IMG/VR virus record: IMGVR_UViG_3300047562_004402
Span: 1-33,580 of that record
Direction: 5' to 3' (one strand)
Length of the DNA stretch: 33,580 bases
Origin: a virus
Taxonomy: Duplodnaviria; Caudoviricetes
Part shown: positions 27,001 to 33,580 of the stretch, piece by piece
Layout of the letters: every line of letters starts with the position of its first letter
Position numbering within the stretch: position 1 is the stretch's first letter
Made by a program: the position numbers and the translations under genes
The notes under the pieces: model-generated
What the model was told of the DNA's origin: nothing
The model's input: the letters and a program-made list of their open reading frames with translations, nothing else
Databases searched by the model: none

Positions 27001-28623
27001 ATCTTTAATATCATACTCCCTTACATCAGATATTGATCTTGAGATGTCCTGAACACCATTTATGATTAAAGCTTCACCTTTAGTAAAATTGCCAGATGTT
27101 TCTCTAATGTAAATTATTGTTGATGCTGCACCAGCAGAAACTGCAAATCCTGTTGCACCACTACTTTTTCCTTTAATATGTGCAGATTTTGGTAATTCTG
27201 CACTACTTACAGGTTGATTTAGAGTTAATTTTGTATATGTTTGGATATCATATAGATACAAATCCCATGATGATGATGGTCCAGAATATCTTTCATCAGT
27301 TAGACTGATATTATATAATCTAGCTTCTCCAATTTTTGTACCAGATCCGACAGTATTTGATGTTTTTCTTGAATCATATAAATCAATTACATCCCTAAAA
27401 GATGGCGATCCTTCAACATTATTAACTCTCAAGTAATTTCCCATTCTAAAAACAGTAGAAACATCATTTAATTTTTCAGTTTCTCTTGGTTTTTCAACAT
27501 CTATAACAGTTGTATTAGTTTTTACGACATCATATCCCCCAACGTATGCAATTCCAGGTGAAATTTTTATTGATATAATGTCATCTGATGGAGTATTTCC
27601 TTGATCAGTTTTTTCTCCCTCAAAGAATGCCCCATTATTACCAATTCTATCATTTAAAGATTCTGTAATAGATATTTTAAAAGGATCTACAGAGTAGTTT
27701 CCGGACTCATCATATGTTCTTTTTGCAAGATAATCTCTGATTAAACTATATTGAGTAGTTGTTTGCTCCTTTTTCACTTCTCCATTATCAGTCCTCATTA
27801 ATTCTATAAAGTTTGGATCACCTTCATCATCAATTGGCCTTTTATCAAGCTTTAATGAGATTGAGAATCTATCTGCACCAGGAGCTGCATAATTTGTGAA
27901 TCCTTTTGCATTATCATATAAGCTATTATCGTCTTTTGCTGTCAATATTTTCTCATTAACAGTAAACCCAATTTTATATGTTGGTAAATTATTATAGTAA
28001 TCTAATATTATAGTTTGCTTTAAAACTTCTACAAAAAATCCTCTGATAAAATATACACCTCTATTAATATTTGCAGATGATCCTATTGCAGTGCCATCAT
28101 TTTCAATAATTGTTGCAAAAGCTGTTTCTGCTGGAATAGTTGTATTCCCATAAGTTGTATCAGTTTCTGCATATAATGATTCGCCATTATAAAATTGTGA
28201 TATTTTATTATCTTTTCCTGAATCAATATATTTTACATATAAAGTAATATAATCAACTTCATCACTATCTGAAGGTAATGCAATATAATTAACTACCGCC
28301 CCTATACCGGAAGATCTACCAAAAATTTTCTTCCCAATAAAACTTTTAACATAAATCCCAACATCAACTCCAAATTGAAGTTGATTGACTTTTACGGCAT
28401 AAAATCTAGAATCATATGTAATTCCCCCAGGAATTACCATTGAACCATCCTTAAAAATATGACTACCAAATTTTTCGATTTGATACTGTAATTGTGATTG
28501 TAATGTATTTAATTCTCTCGCTTGTATGGCCCTACTAGGAGAAAATAAAATTTTATAGTATTGTTTGGATGAATCAAAATCATCAAAATATGGACTTACA
28601 TTTAAATTTGTTTTTTGAGCCAT
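21070..28623 (-). CDS. Very large virion structural protein (DUF4815 / VrlC-like, baseplate-associated), 2517 aa
   Basis: MAQKTNLNVSPYFDDFD..KQYYKILF.P..AIQARELNTLQS, APGADR, LAKRTYDESGNY, NKRYTMKDIGKL..RI.NLE, GFFVDNF, DPLAQSF, GSLFKSQN..W. Lies directly after g8. Confidence 0.88.
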   Translation of the reverse strand: MAQKTNLNVSPYFDDFDSSKQYYKILFSPSRAIQARELNTLQSQLQYQIEKFGSHIFKDGSMVIPGGITYDSRFYAVKVNQLQFGVDVGIYVKSFIGKKIFGRSSGIGAVVNYIALPSDSDEVDYITLYVKYIDSGKDNKISQFYNGESLYAETDTTYGNTTIPAETAFATIIENDGTAIGSSANINRGVYFIRGFFVEVLKQTIILDYYNNLPTYKIGFTVNEKILTAKDDNSLYDNAKGFTNYAAPGADRFSISLKLDKRPIDDEGDPNFIELMRTDNGEVKKEQTTTQYSLIRDYLAKRTYDESGNYSVDPFKISITESLNDRIGNNGAFFEGEKTDQGNTPSDDIISIKISPGIAYVGGYDVVKTNTTVIDVEKPRETEKLNDVSTVFRMGNYLRVNNVEGSPSFRDVIDLYDSRKTSNTVGSGTKIGEARLYNISLTDERYSGPSSSWDLYLYDIQTYTKLTLNQPVSSAELPKSAHIKGKSSGATGFAVSAGAASTIIYIRETSGNFTKGEALIINGVQDISRSISDVREYDIKDIKSVFRNSTTDFTHFSADTVLLKSNIPGFSSSDRFILNPATNTVTSPGKYFSNIKVGSIISYIGDNDIHYNEVVSVSADGTSMVLGAINSVTGVANGTIGVSVTTQLNLSLRVPNIISYNDGSLYAFLPSTNTASLNLSNSTLTFKAQTKNPSTTTALGSLTLDSSYFDLPAGITTSSFQGFDEENYSIHYDDKTVESLTSDKFSLDIEQNQISFSNIAQSKSVDTVFATLIKRGINSKVKIYNKSKIVNFTKSKYKISGTNSESSISDGLSYSSIYGVRIQDEALCLNYPDVAKIIAVYESLDELEPSLDRLSFSSLVNVSSNAIIGEKIIGQTSGAVCQVIRKPVGFPNSLEFVYLNGEKFISDEVVKFSESGITANIDSITFGAYKNITNRFLLDKGQKSQYYDYSRLLRKSGEPEPTKKVIAIFDYYSVPSNDNGDAFTALSYSKDQYQELIPRIGRNEVPAYDILDFRPRVSPIENTDTLTNSPFEFSSRNFHANDPSVILAPDEVCILGIERYLGRIDRLYLNRNGEFVVRKGVSDVNPKPPEKIGDSMLLATLIYPPYLDNAKSALISLENNKRYTMKDIGKLDTRITNLERTTTLSLLEVNTEALQIRDADGLNQFKTGFFVDNFSDSSSINLQLSNVEVGENQISSFKIENTLSNVPEYKLARYEYVKTLSENNVSRYGEIYTSNDNGIRFSTSKGQLPTSLTLDYTDVKWISQPIATRVENVNPFHVIEYVGNLTLNPPEDRWVRTELLLPAKLITKTTTLRSTNVNTINQIRTANATVTIDAGVRLLGAAAFDARFGPGAVNGDTRRVVTTTVRTSSSTELTSERSNITTSKDTVSSTVRRLISVGDEIYIRSRNVEFDAVNLKPFTIHYQFLDNITNLKFISKIIKINLTSGAFKQGEDVIGYIIQEPNSQGIGPATEECIRFKLAAPNHKTGPITNPSSIYGGCPYDKSTILPSKYSTTLNYLNIDIESLSSLAEGQYSGYLTTYVKFVGQTSGAEGYLVSNSLITDAYGDLKGCFFIDDPNSNASVKIPTGTKTYILTSSINNASALPGSTDISKAEVNYRATGLVNTFQDETTESTTILETNNITRVNTTTITTTTTRRVQTLERFDPLAQSFEVGRTSQSSSSIQADSKLDKVSDSEGAFLTKVGLYFASVDSGNAPITIQIRTMELGTPTLTQIGESVTLNPNSIVMSYNTSNPDEMIIRPLRECVTEDASIAVLVRFPYPIYLPPDDEYALVLLAPESVGYEMFIAEMNESSLNERALLGLPEAERVKYSKQFAIGSLFKSQNGSIWSADQNQDLKFDLYKAQFSNVGTAVFYNPTINENTVRNQFGKLATDPIEIYPKKISVTFTPIATNDAIFNNLTIGRKVSESIKTYNYGFIEDFGGPVAGTPSITTPGFNYTDQTAVETFNISGTGSGLTLNITTTSGEITSVAINSAGSGYKVGDTVGIVTSTAGGSGFAAEITITTVTNYDTVFLTNVQGESFTPTANLTYFNGGVQSTTLTIQSSSIPNTIYKGNVAKVNHLSHGMYSTANNVSIANIRSDYAPEKITADITSRSTAIPVSNINIFQTFEGIAVSANNPGYVKILNEIISYSGTSGNSLTGITRGIDSTKTASYITGQLIYKYEISGVSLRRLNTTFNIADIQPDMDNYYIEFDRTSGVNRSSDNVPTGAPQLSFSKQDYIGGDTVSASKNLMFNEIVPSYDVYAPGGQSVSVSAAVRTITSTSVSGNETSFLDTGYTAVQLNRTNTFTTPRMVCSRANELAYLNGLPNSKSFTTRITLQTKNPNLSPQIFIDNSVTNFSIPRLNKPVSNYITDRKSNEIYDSSHDATYVSNVVQLEQPSTSLKVIISAYRHASADFRVLYALIRADSFEVDQSFTLFPGYENLTIDNDQDGFLDIINPSLNSGLPDKFVSPSENNQFREYEYTAANLPEFVGYAIKVVMSGTNQCEPPIISTVRSIALA

Positions 28624-28626
28624 TTC

Positions 28627-30201
28627 TTAGAATTCCAAGATAATTTTTACGTCTTCCTTTTGTCGGGGGTTTCTACCAACCAGAGGTCTATTATCAATAT
28701 AAATGATATCACCCGTAGAGTTATTTATCTCCGGACTTGAGAGTCCATTTGTAAACTGAGATGCTAAATTAATTATCTGACCATTTATAGTTGTGCTGAT
28801 TCCACTAAAGTTTAAATCAATAGTTCCCGTAAATCCACTTGGAGTTGTTATTGGGTCTGTTGTTGGAGCAATTTCAATTACTTCGTTTCCTTTTTTAGAA
28901 ATATTAATATAATCGGTTTCATCGATTCCGCTAGAAAAATATAATGATCTATCTTTAAAATATTTTAATACTTTAGTAGTTGTATCATAAGATGCAACGT
29001 ATCCTACAGCTTCATATCCTGTAGAAGTTATTTGTTGAGTTAATTTTTCACCAAGAGTAGGAGTTCCATTGGTATCTAGAAATTTAATTGAATATAAATT
29101 TGAAAATTGATTTTCTGAATAAATCTCACTTGAGGAAAATTTTGTTGGATTTTTTAAAATTCCAATTTGAGAAAACTGAGTATTTGTTGGAAAATCTCTA
29201 GTTGAATCATCAAATCTTGCATAAAATAAAACTCTATCGGCACCAAGTTCTTTATATAAATCATAACCATGACCAAATGATGGTGGAATTATGGGGATTA
29301 ATTTTGCGGGATTTGGAATACTATTTGCAGGCTGTAAAGATCCAAGATCAACTAAACCATATGTGTAACCACTGCCACCAGATGTTACTGTAGCTGATAT
29401 TATATTTCCAGATGAATTCACTTCAATGTATACTTTAGCACCAGTTCCATCTCCAATTATATTTACTTCACCCGAAATATACCCAGATCCAGAATTTTCA
29501 ATATATACTTTTTTTATTTGATTATTATTTTCTCTAGAATCTGCATTTTCTCTCATTGCAACAATTTGAGAATCTGTAGATGTTTCCCAATTATTGGGCA
29601 AAGTTATATATTCAGTTGAATCAAACTTTACAATGTCACTTGGGGGGATTGTAAATAGATATTTCCAAATATAGCCATCACCACTTTCCCCAGCTTTGGA
29701 TGGTTCTAAATCTGTAAAAGACGGTTCATCTTGAGAAGCATTTCCAGATGGATTCAATCCTGAAGAACCATTATCTAAGCATAGATAGACTTGATACTCA
29801 GAATTTACAACATAATAGTTTGCATCATATAAACGTGATTTTTTTGTAACTGGTGTTAAATTTATGCTACTATAATCATGCCTATAAAAATCATATTTTA
29901 CACCTCTCTTCCAATTCACTCTTCTAACAGCTCTTCTCACATTAGATAATGAAACTCTTTTCCCAAAGAGAATGGTATCTTTATAGTGATTAGAATATGC
30001 ATCATTATCTATAGGATTTGGAACAATAGTTCCAATAGATCCTGGTAAATTTGTTTGCCATTCAGAATCTCTACCAAAGAAATCTTTGTTAGGATTTACT
30101 AACCCAAGGAAAATATAGTAAGTATTGGAACTATCTTCAACGGAGCTAATAAAATTATTTGTATTGTTTATTCTAAATTGGTCGGTGATTATAGCAGACA
30201 T
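28627..30201 (-). CDS. g8: Baseplate wedge subunit gp8
   Basis: MSAIITDQFRI, YYVVNSEYQVYLCLDN, DGYIWKYLFTI, PPSFGHG...ELG, GDIIYIDNR...RQKEDVKIILEF. Confidence 0.93.
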   Translation of the reverse strand: MSAIITDQFRINNTNNFISSVEDSSNTYYIFLGLVNPNKDFFGRDSEWQTNLPGSIGTIVPNPIDNDAYSNHYKDTILFGKRVSLSNVRRAVRRVNWKRGVKYDFYRHDYSSINLTPVTKKSRLYDANYYVVNSEYQVYLCLDNGSSGLNPSGNASQDEPSFTDLEPSKAGESGDGYIWKYLFTIPPSDIVKFDSTEYITLPNNWETSTDSQIVAMRENADSRENNNQIKKVYIENSGSGYISGEVNIIGDGTGAKVYIEVNSSGNIISATVTSGGSGYTYGLVDLGSLQPANSIPNPAKLIPIIPPSFGHGYDLYKELGADRVLFYARFDDSTRDFPTNTQFSQIGILKNPTKFSSSEIYSENQFSNLYSIKFLDTNGTPTLGEKLTQQITSTGYEAVGYVASYDTTTKVLKYFKDRSLYFSSGIDETDYINISKKGNEVIEIAPTTDPITTPSGFTGTIDLNFSGISTTINGQIINLASQFTNGLSSPEINNSTGDIIYIDNRPLVGRNPRQKEDVKIILEF

Positions 30202-30219
30202 TATCCAAAGTTTTTTTTA

Positions 30220-30227
30220 TATTTATA
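30220..30227 (-). promoter_or_regulatory. Late promoter TATAAATA upstream of g8
   Basis: Exact consensus in the 27-nt gap between the gp7-like stop and the g8 ATG. Confidence 0.72.
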
Positions 30228-30228
30228 T

Positions 30229-33200
30229 TTAAATTATAGATCTTTTAATCGCACCACTATCCCTTAATCCATAGCCTCTTCTTTGGACGATTGGAAATGT
30301 TGATAAATCCCCAACTTCCATTCCTTTAACATTAAACGACAATTTATTATTTGAGGTCCTTGAAAATCCAGTAATTTTGCCCCAATTTAAATATCCAACG
30401 GGATATGTATAACTAAACGTTGATAATCCGGTAACATTTGTTGATGATAAAATGTTACAGATAATTGTTCCAGAAATTGTATCAATTGAATGAATATAAT
30501 ATATATTGTTTAAGCCAATTGTTCCTATTCCAATAATATCATTATCTGATGTATCAATTGACGTTATTCCATTTCCTATTGTAGTTCCGTTAATATATAC
30601 TGGATAGCCAACTTGCAATAAAGAATACTCATTAAATTGCGATATATCCATATAAAATTTCATCGCTAAGGGAACACCAATACCAGAAGTGGTAGATATT
30701 GAGGTTATTCCTATAGTTGATCCCAAAATATTTTTAGCATCACTTATTAACTCAGTATAAAATTTTGGTGCTTCAATTATAATTTTTGGTGGGTCTGTAC
30801 TAGTATACCCTAACCCAGGATTTAATAATGTAAATGGATAATTTACACTTCCATTTGTAACAGATACTATTCCTACAGCAGTGATTTGCTCTATAGCTGA
30901 GTTAACTTCTTCTGAAGTTGAAAATTCAGTTATGCCAAGATCCAAATTTGTAATTCCTATTGATAATACATCTGGTTTGGAAAATTTGACATTGGCAAAA
31001 GTTCCTATATAACCACTTCCAAAATTATCTATAATTATTTCAAAAACTGTTCCATCACCAGAAACTAATGCAGTACCACCTGCAGAAATATATTCATTGT
31101 TCTCATCATAGATAATAAAATCAAAATTATTGTAGCTATTATTGTCAAATGAATTGTCATATAAAAATAAACTAACATCATCTACAAATATTTCATTATC
31201 ATAAATTGAAAAGTCTTTAATGACTCTTGATGTTGGATATATTTGCGTTTCTATAGAATCTCGACTTTTTGAAATAATACTGTTATTAATTATTAAATCT
31301 CTTTTTTGCTTTATCCAAGAAATTGGGCGATAATTTTTATCATCAATTCCAGTCCCAACATATATTGAGGTCTCAATTCTATCTGAGCCAGCTATATCTG
31401 TGATATATCTAGTATCTTGTTCATATGACTCAAAATAATTTGAATCTGAAGTCGATAAGTTATTTCTAAGAACTTTAACACGATCTCCAATTTTTAAAGT
31501 TTCTGCTGCATTAACTATAGTGGAATCTACATTTGCTGTTCCAACATAAAAGAATACTGATATATTATCTTCAGGACTTGGTGGCTCACTAAAAGAAAAT
31601 GATGTTCCGCCTGAAAATTCATAAGCTTCTCCTGGGGACTGTAAAACTCCATTTACAAATATCAATAATAGTGATGCCATATCAATTAACTGGGAATCTT
31701 GTGATTCTTCATTAATTTGAAAGCTCAATAGTTGAGAATTATAAAATAATGGAAATCTAGTTCTAACACCGTCCTGGAAATTTTTTATACTATCAATATA
31801 GTTTAATTCCCCAAAATTCCATAATGCAAATGAATCATTAAATACATCAAGAACTGTCAATTCAAATTCTTTTATAGGACTTGCCAACCCAGCTGCAGTT
31901 ACCAATCCAACAGGTTTTATAATGTCACCTCTTCTAAATCCATATCCAGGTCTTGCTATTTTAAAATTTGATACTAAAAATGTTGTAGAGCCAATTCCTG
32001 AAGTATTACTTGGACTTAATTCAAGACTTACTAGTAGTCCATTTCCAGTTTCTGTTGTTTCACCAATTCCAAGTCTAGATACCCCAATAACTGGAAGATT
32101 TTCATAAGATGGTGATGGTATAATAATCTTTGGAGAAGTGTAGCCACTTCCACCATCAATAATATTAAATGCGAGTGATCCTCCAGCACCAACAGAAACC
32201 TGAATATCTGCATTATTGCCAGAATGACCACCTTCATCTACAATCTCAATAAAAATAGGCTCTCTATAACCAGATCCATAGGAGCCAAATTCAACTTCTG
32301 TTGTAATATCTATAATTTGTCCTCCACTAACAACTGCAGTTACTGCAGCACCAGCTAATGGTGCATATCCTAATCCATTTGTTGATCCCAAAGAAACAAT
32401 TAGACCACCTCTTGGAAGTTGATTTTGATTTACATCAGACTCTGAAATTATTATTTGACCATTTGAAGAAGTTATTCCAGTAAAGGAAATTGTAGTTATT
32501 CCAGATAATGAATCTTCTGTTATTTCAAAATTATTATTTGGATTATTTTCGGTAGTTGGAGTCTGAAATATGCCATTAATTAATAATAATCCATTTCCAC
32601 CATCAGTACCCAATCCAACAGTATTTTGACCTAATGATGTTATTTTATAATCTGTATCCAATCCATTAAAACTTTCTGATATATCGTCGAAAATTATATT
32701 TCCATCGTAATTATCTCTTAAAAATACTCTTCCAGAAAATTCTGATTTGGCACGTTCTAAATTAGCAAAATCTTCATTTTCTGCCAATAAAGAACTTCCT
32801 CTTGGGGCAACAGAAAAGTAAATGGAATTTTCTACGATATTATATGATCCTCTATAAATCCTTGAGTTTGTTCCATCTAAATGGGAAGAAGCGATAGAGC
32901 CAACAGAACCCCTAATTACTTCAACTAAAGGAATATCACCACTAAATGATATTGGGCCAATATTAGTAGTCCCCAATCCAACGTTACTAATAAACATATA
33001 TTCATCATCAATTTTTAGTAAATCTTTTGGATTTACACTAGCAATACCACTTAAAGAAAATATTGTAGTAGCTGCCCCAATTTGACCACCATTTCCTTCT
33101 AAATTATATTCAAGAGAAGTATATAAAATTGGATATTGGATCAAATCATTAACTGAAATTATAGTTTTTTCATTTTTCTTATACATCTCAAGCTGATGAG

Positions 33201-33580
33201 AGTTTCCTTCTCCACTAGAAGTAAACGTTACATAAATTCCGGCTTGTGCATAATCTTTTCTTGTAGATAATCTAAATTGGTCTGGATTTATTTTTATTAC
33301 ATAAACTTCTTCTGGCAATTTATCAGTCACTATACCTACTGAATTTAAAGTTGCTCCAATACCTAATGGCTGCTCTCCAACATTTGCAAAAGTAGATTTT
33401 GGTGTATATATTAATCTTTCATAATTACTAAAGAAATGGTTTTTAATTGTAAAGATGCCACTTTCTTTATTTAAAATTATATTACTATTTGGATTAAATC
33501 TTTTTGAAAAAATTGAAACTCCATTATTATAAATTCCAAATTCAACTTTATCCACTTGAGATGAATTAATTCCGTAATAT
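30229..33580 (-). CDS. C-terminal part of a giant baseplate wedge initiator (gp7-like); 5' end outside the window
   Basis: The frame stays open to the window edge (YYGINSSQVDKVEF...), so the track's GTG start is artefactual. Contains LLIFVNGVLQ.PG..Y.F.GG..F.F.EPP and GGSGY repeats. Lies directly upstream of g8. Confidence 0.75.
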   Translation of the reverse strand, partial: YYGINSSQVDKVEFGIYNNGVSIFSKRFNPNSNIILNKESGIFTIKNHFFSNYERLIYTPKSTFANVGEQPLGIGATLNSVGIVTDKLPEEVYVIKINPDQFRLSTRKDYAQAGIYVTFTSSGEGNSHQLEMYKKNEKTIISVNDLIQYPILYTSLEYNLEGNGGQIGAATTIFSLSGIASVNPKDLLKIDDEYMFISNVGLGTTNIGPISFSGDIPLVEVIRGSVGSIASSHLDGTNSRIYRGSYNIVENSIYFSVAPRGSSLLAENEDFANLERAKSEFSGRVFLRDNYDGNIIFDDISESFNGLDTDYKITSLGQNTVGLGTDGGNGLLLINGIFQTPTTENNPNNNFEITEDSLSGITTISFTGITSSNGQIIISESDVNQNQLPRGGLIVSLGSTNGLGYAPLAGAAVTAVVSGGQIIDITTEVEFGSYGSGYREPIFIEIVDEGGHSGNNADIQVSVGAGGSLAFNIIDGGSGYTSPKIIIPSPSYENLPVIGVSRLGIGETTETGNGLLVSLELSPSNTSGIGSTTFLVSNFKIARPGYGFRRGDIIKPVGLVTAAGLASPIKEFELTVLDVFNDSFALWNFGELNYIDSIKNFQDGVRTRFPLFYNSQLLSFQINEESQDSQLIDMASLLLIFVNGVLQSPGEAYEFSGGTSFSFSEPPSPEDNISVFFYVGTANVDSTIVNAAETLKIGDRVKVLRNNLSTSDSNYFESYEQDTRYITDIAGSDRIETSIYVGTGIDDKNYRPISWIKQKRDLIINNSIISKSRDSIETQIYPTSRVIKDFSIYDNEIFVDDVSLFLYDNSFDNNSYNNFDFIIYDENNEYISAGGTALVSGDGTVFEIIIDNFGSGYIGTFANVKFSKPDVLSIGITNLDLGITEFSTSEEVNSAIEQITAVGIVSVTNGSVNYPFTLLNPGLGYTSTDPPKIIIEAPKFYTELISDAKNILGSTIGITSISTTSGIGVPLAMKFYMDISQFNEYSLLQVGYPVYINGTTIGNGITSIDTSDNDIIGIGTIGLNNIYYIHSIDTISGTIICNILSSTNVTGLSTFSYTYPVGYLNWGKITGFSRTSNNKLSFNVKGMEVGDLSTFPIVQRRGYGLRDSGAIKRSII

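Noticed and set aside
2213-32107. All plus-strand ORFs in the track (e.g. 6701-7057, 8024-8347, 10418-10864, 25235-25645)
   Set aside because: They are antisense shadows of well-conserved minus-strand genes, with Ser/Ile/Phe-rich translations and no recognisable motifs.
1-33580. Alternative genetic code, tRNA or rRNA genes
   Set aside because: Core genes are full length in the standard code using TAA, TGA and TAG stops. Intergenic gaps are short and show no cloverleaf.

Overview
AT-rich, gene-dense segment of a T4-like myovirus, most consistent with a cyanophage (Kyanoviridae-type synteny). All credible genes are on the minus strand. In transcription order (right to left): the C-terminal part of a very large baseplate wedge protein (gp7-like), gp8, a 2517-aa DUF4815/VrlC-like virion protein, two small ORFs, neck/tail/packaging genes g13-g14-g15-g16, a four-ORF insert in the variable g16-g17 interval, g17-g18-g19-g20, a small gp67-position ORF, g21-g22-g23, g3, uvsY, uvsW, an Sm-like ORF, g55 (late sigma factor) and the 5' part of g47. 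T4-type late promoters (TATAAATA and variants) and two intrinsic terminators are visible. Three observations stand out. (1) A 58-aa ORF missing from the ORF track (20687-20863) resembles NblA, the phycobilisome-degradation adaptor, and sits inside the late virion operon. (2) The g16-g17 insert carries T4 capsid-targeting-like motifs, and its 363-aa protein looks like a polyprotein cut by the prohead protease. (3) A near-consensus sigma70 promoter fires antisense into the Sm-like/uvsW operon, back-to-back with the g55 promoter. All family assignments come from recognising motifs and synteny by eye; no database search was run.
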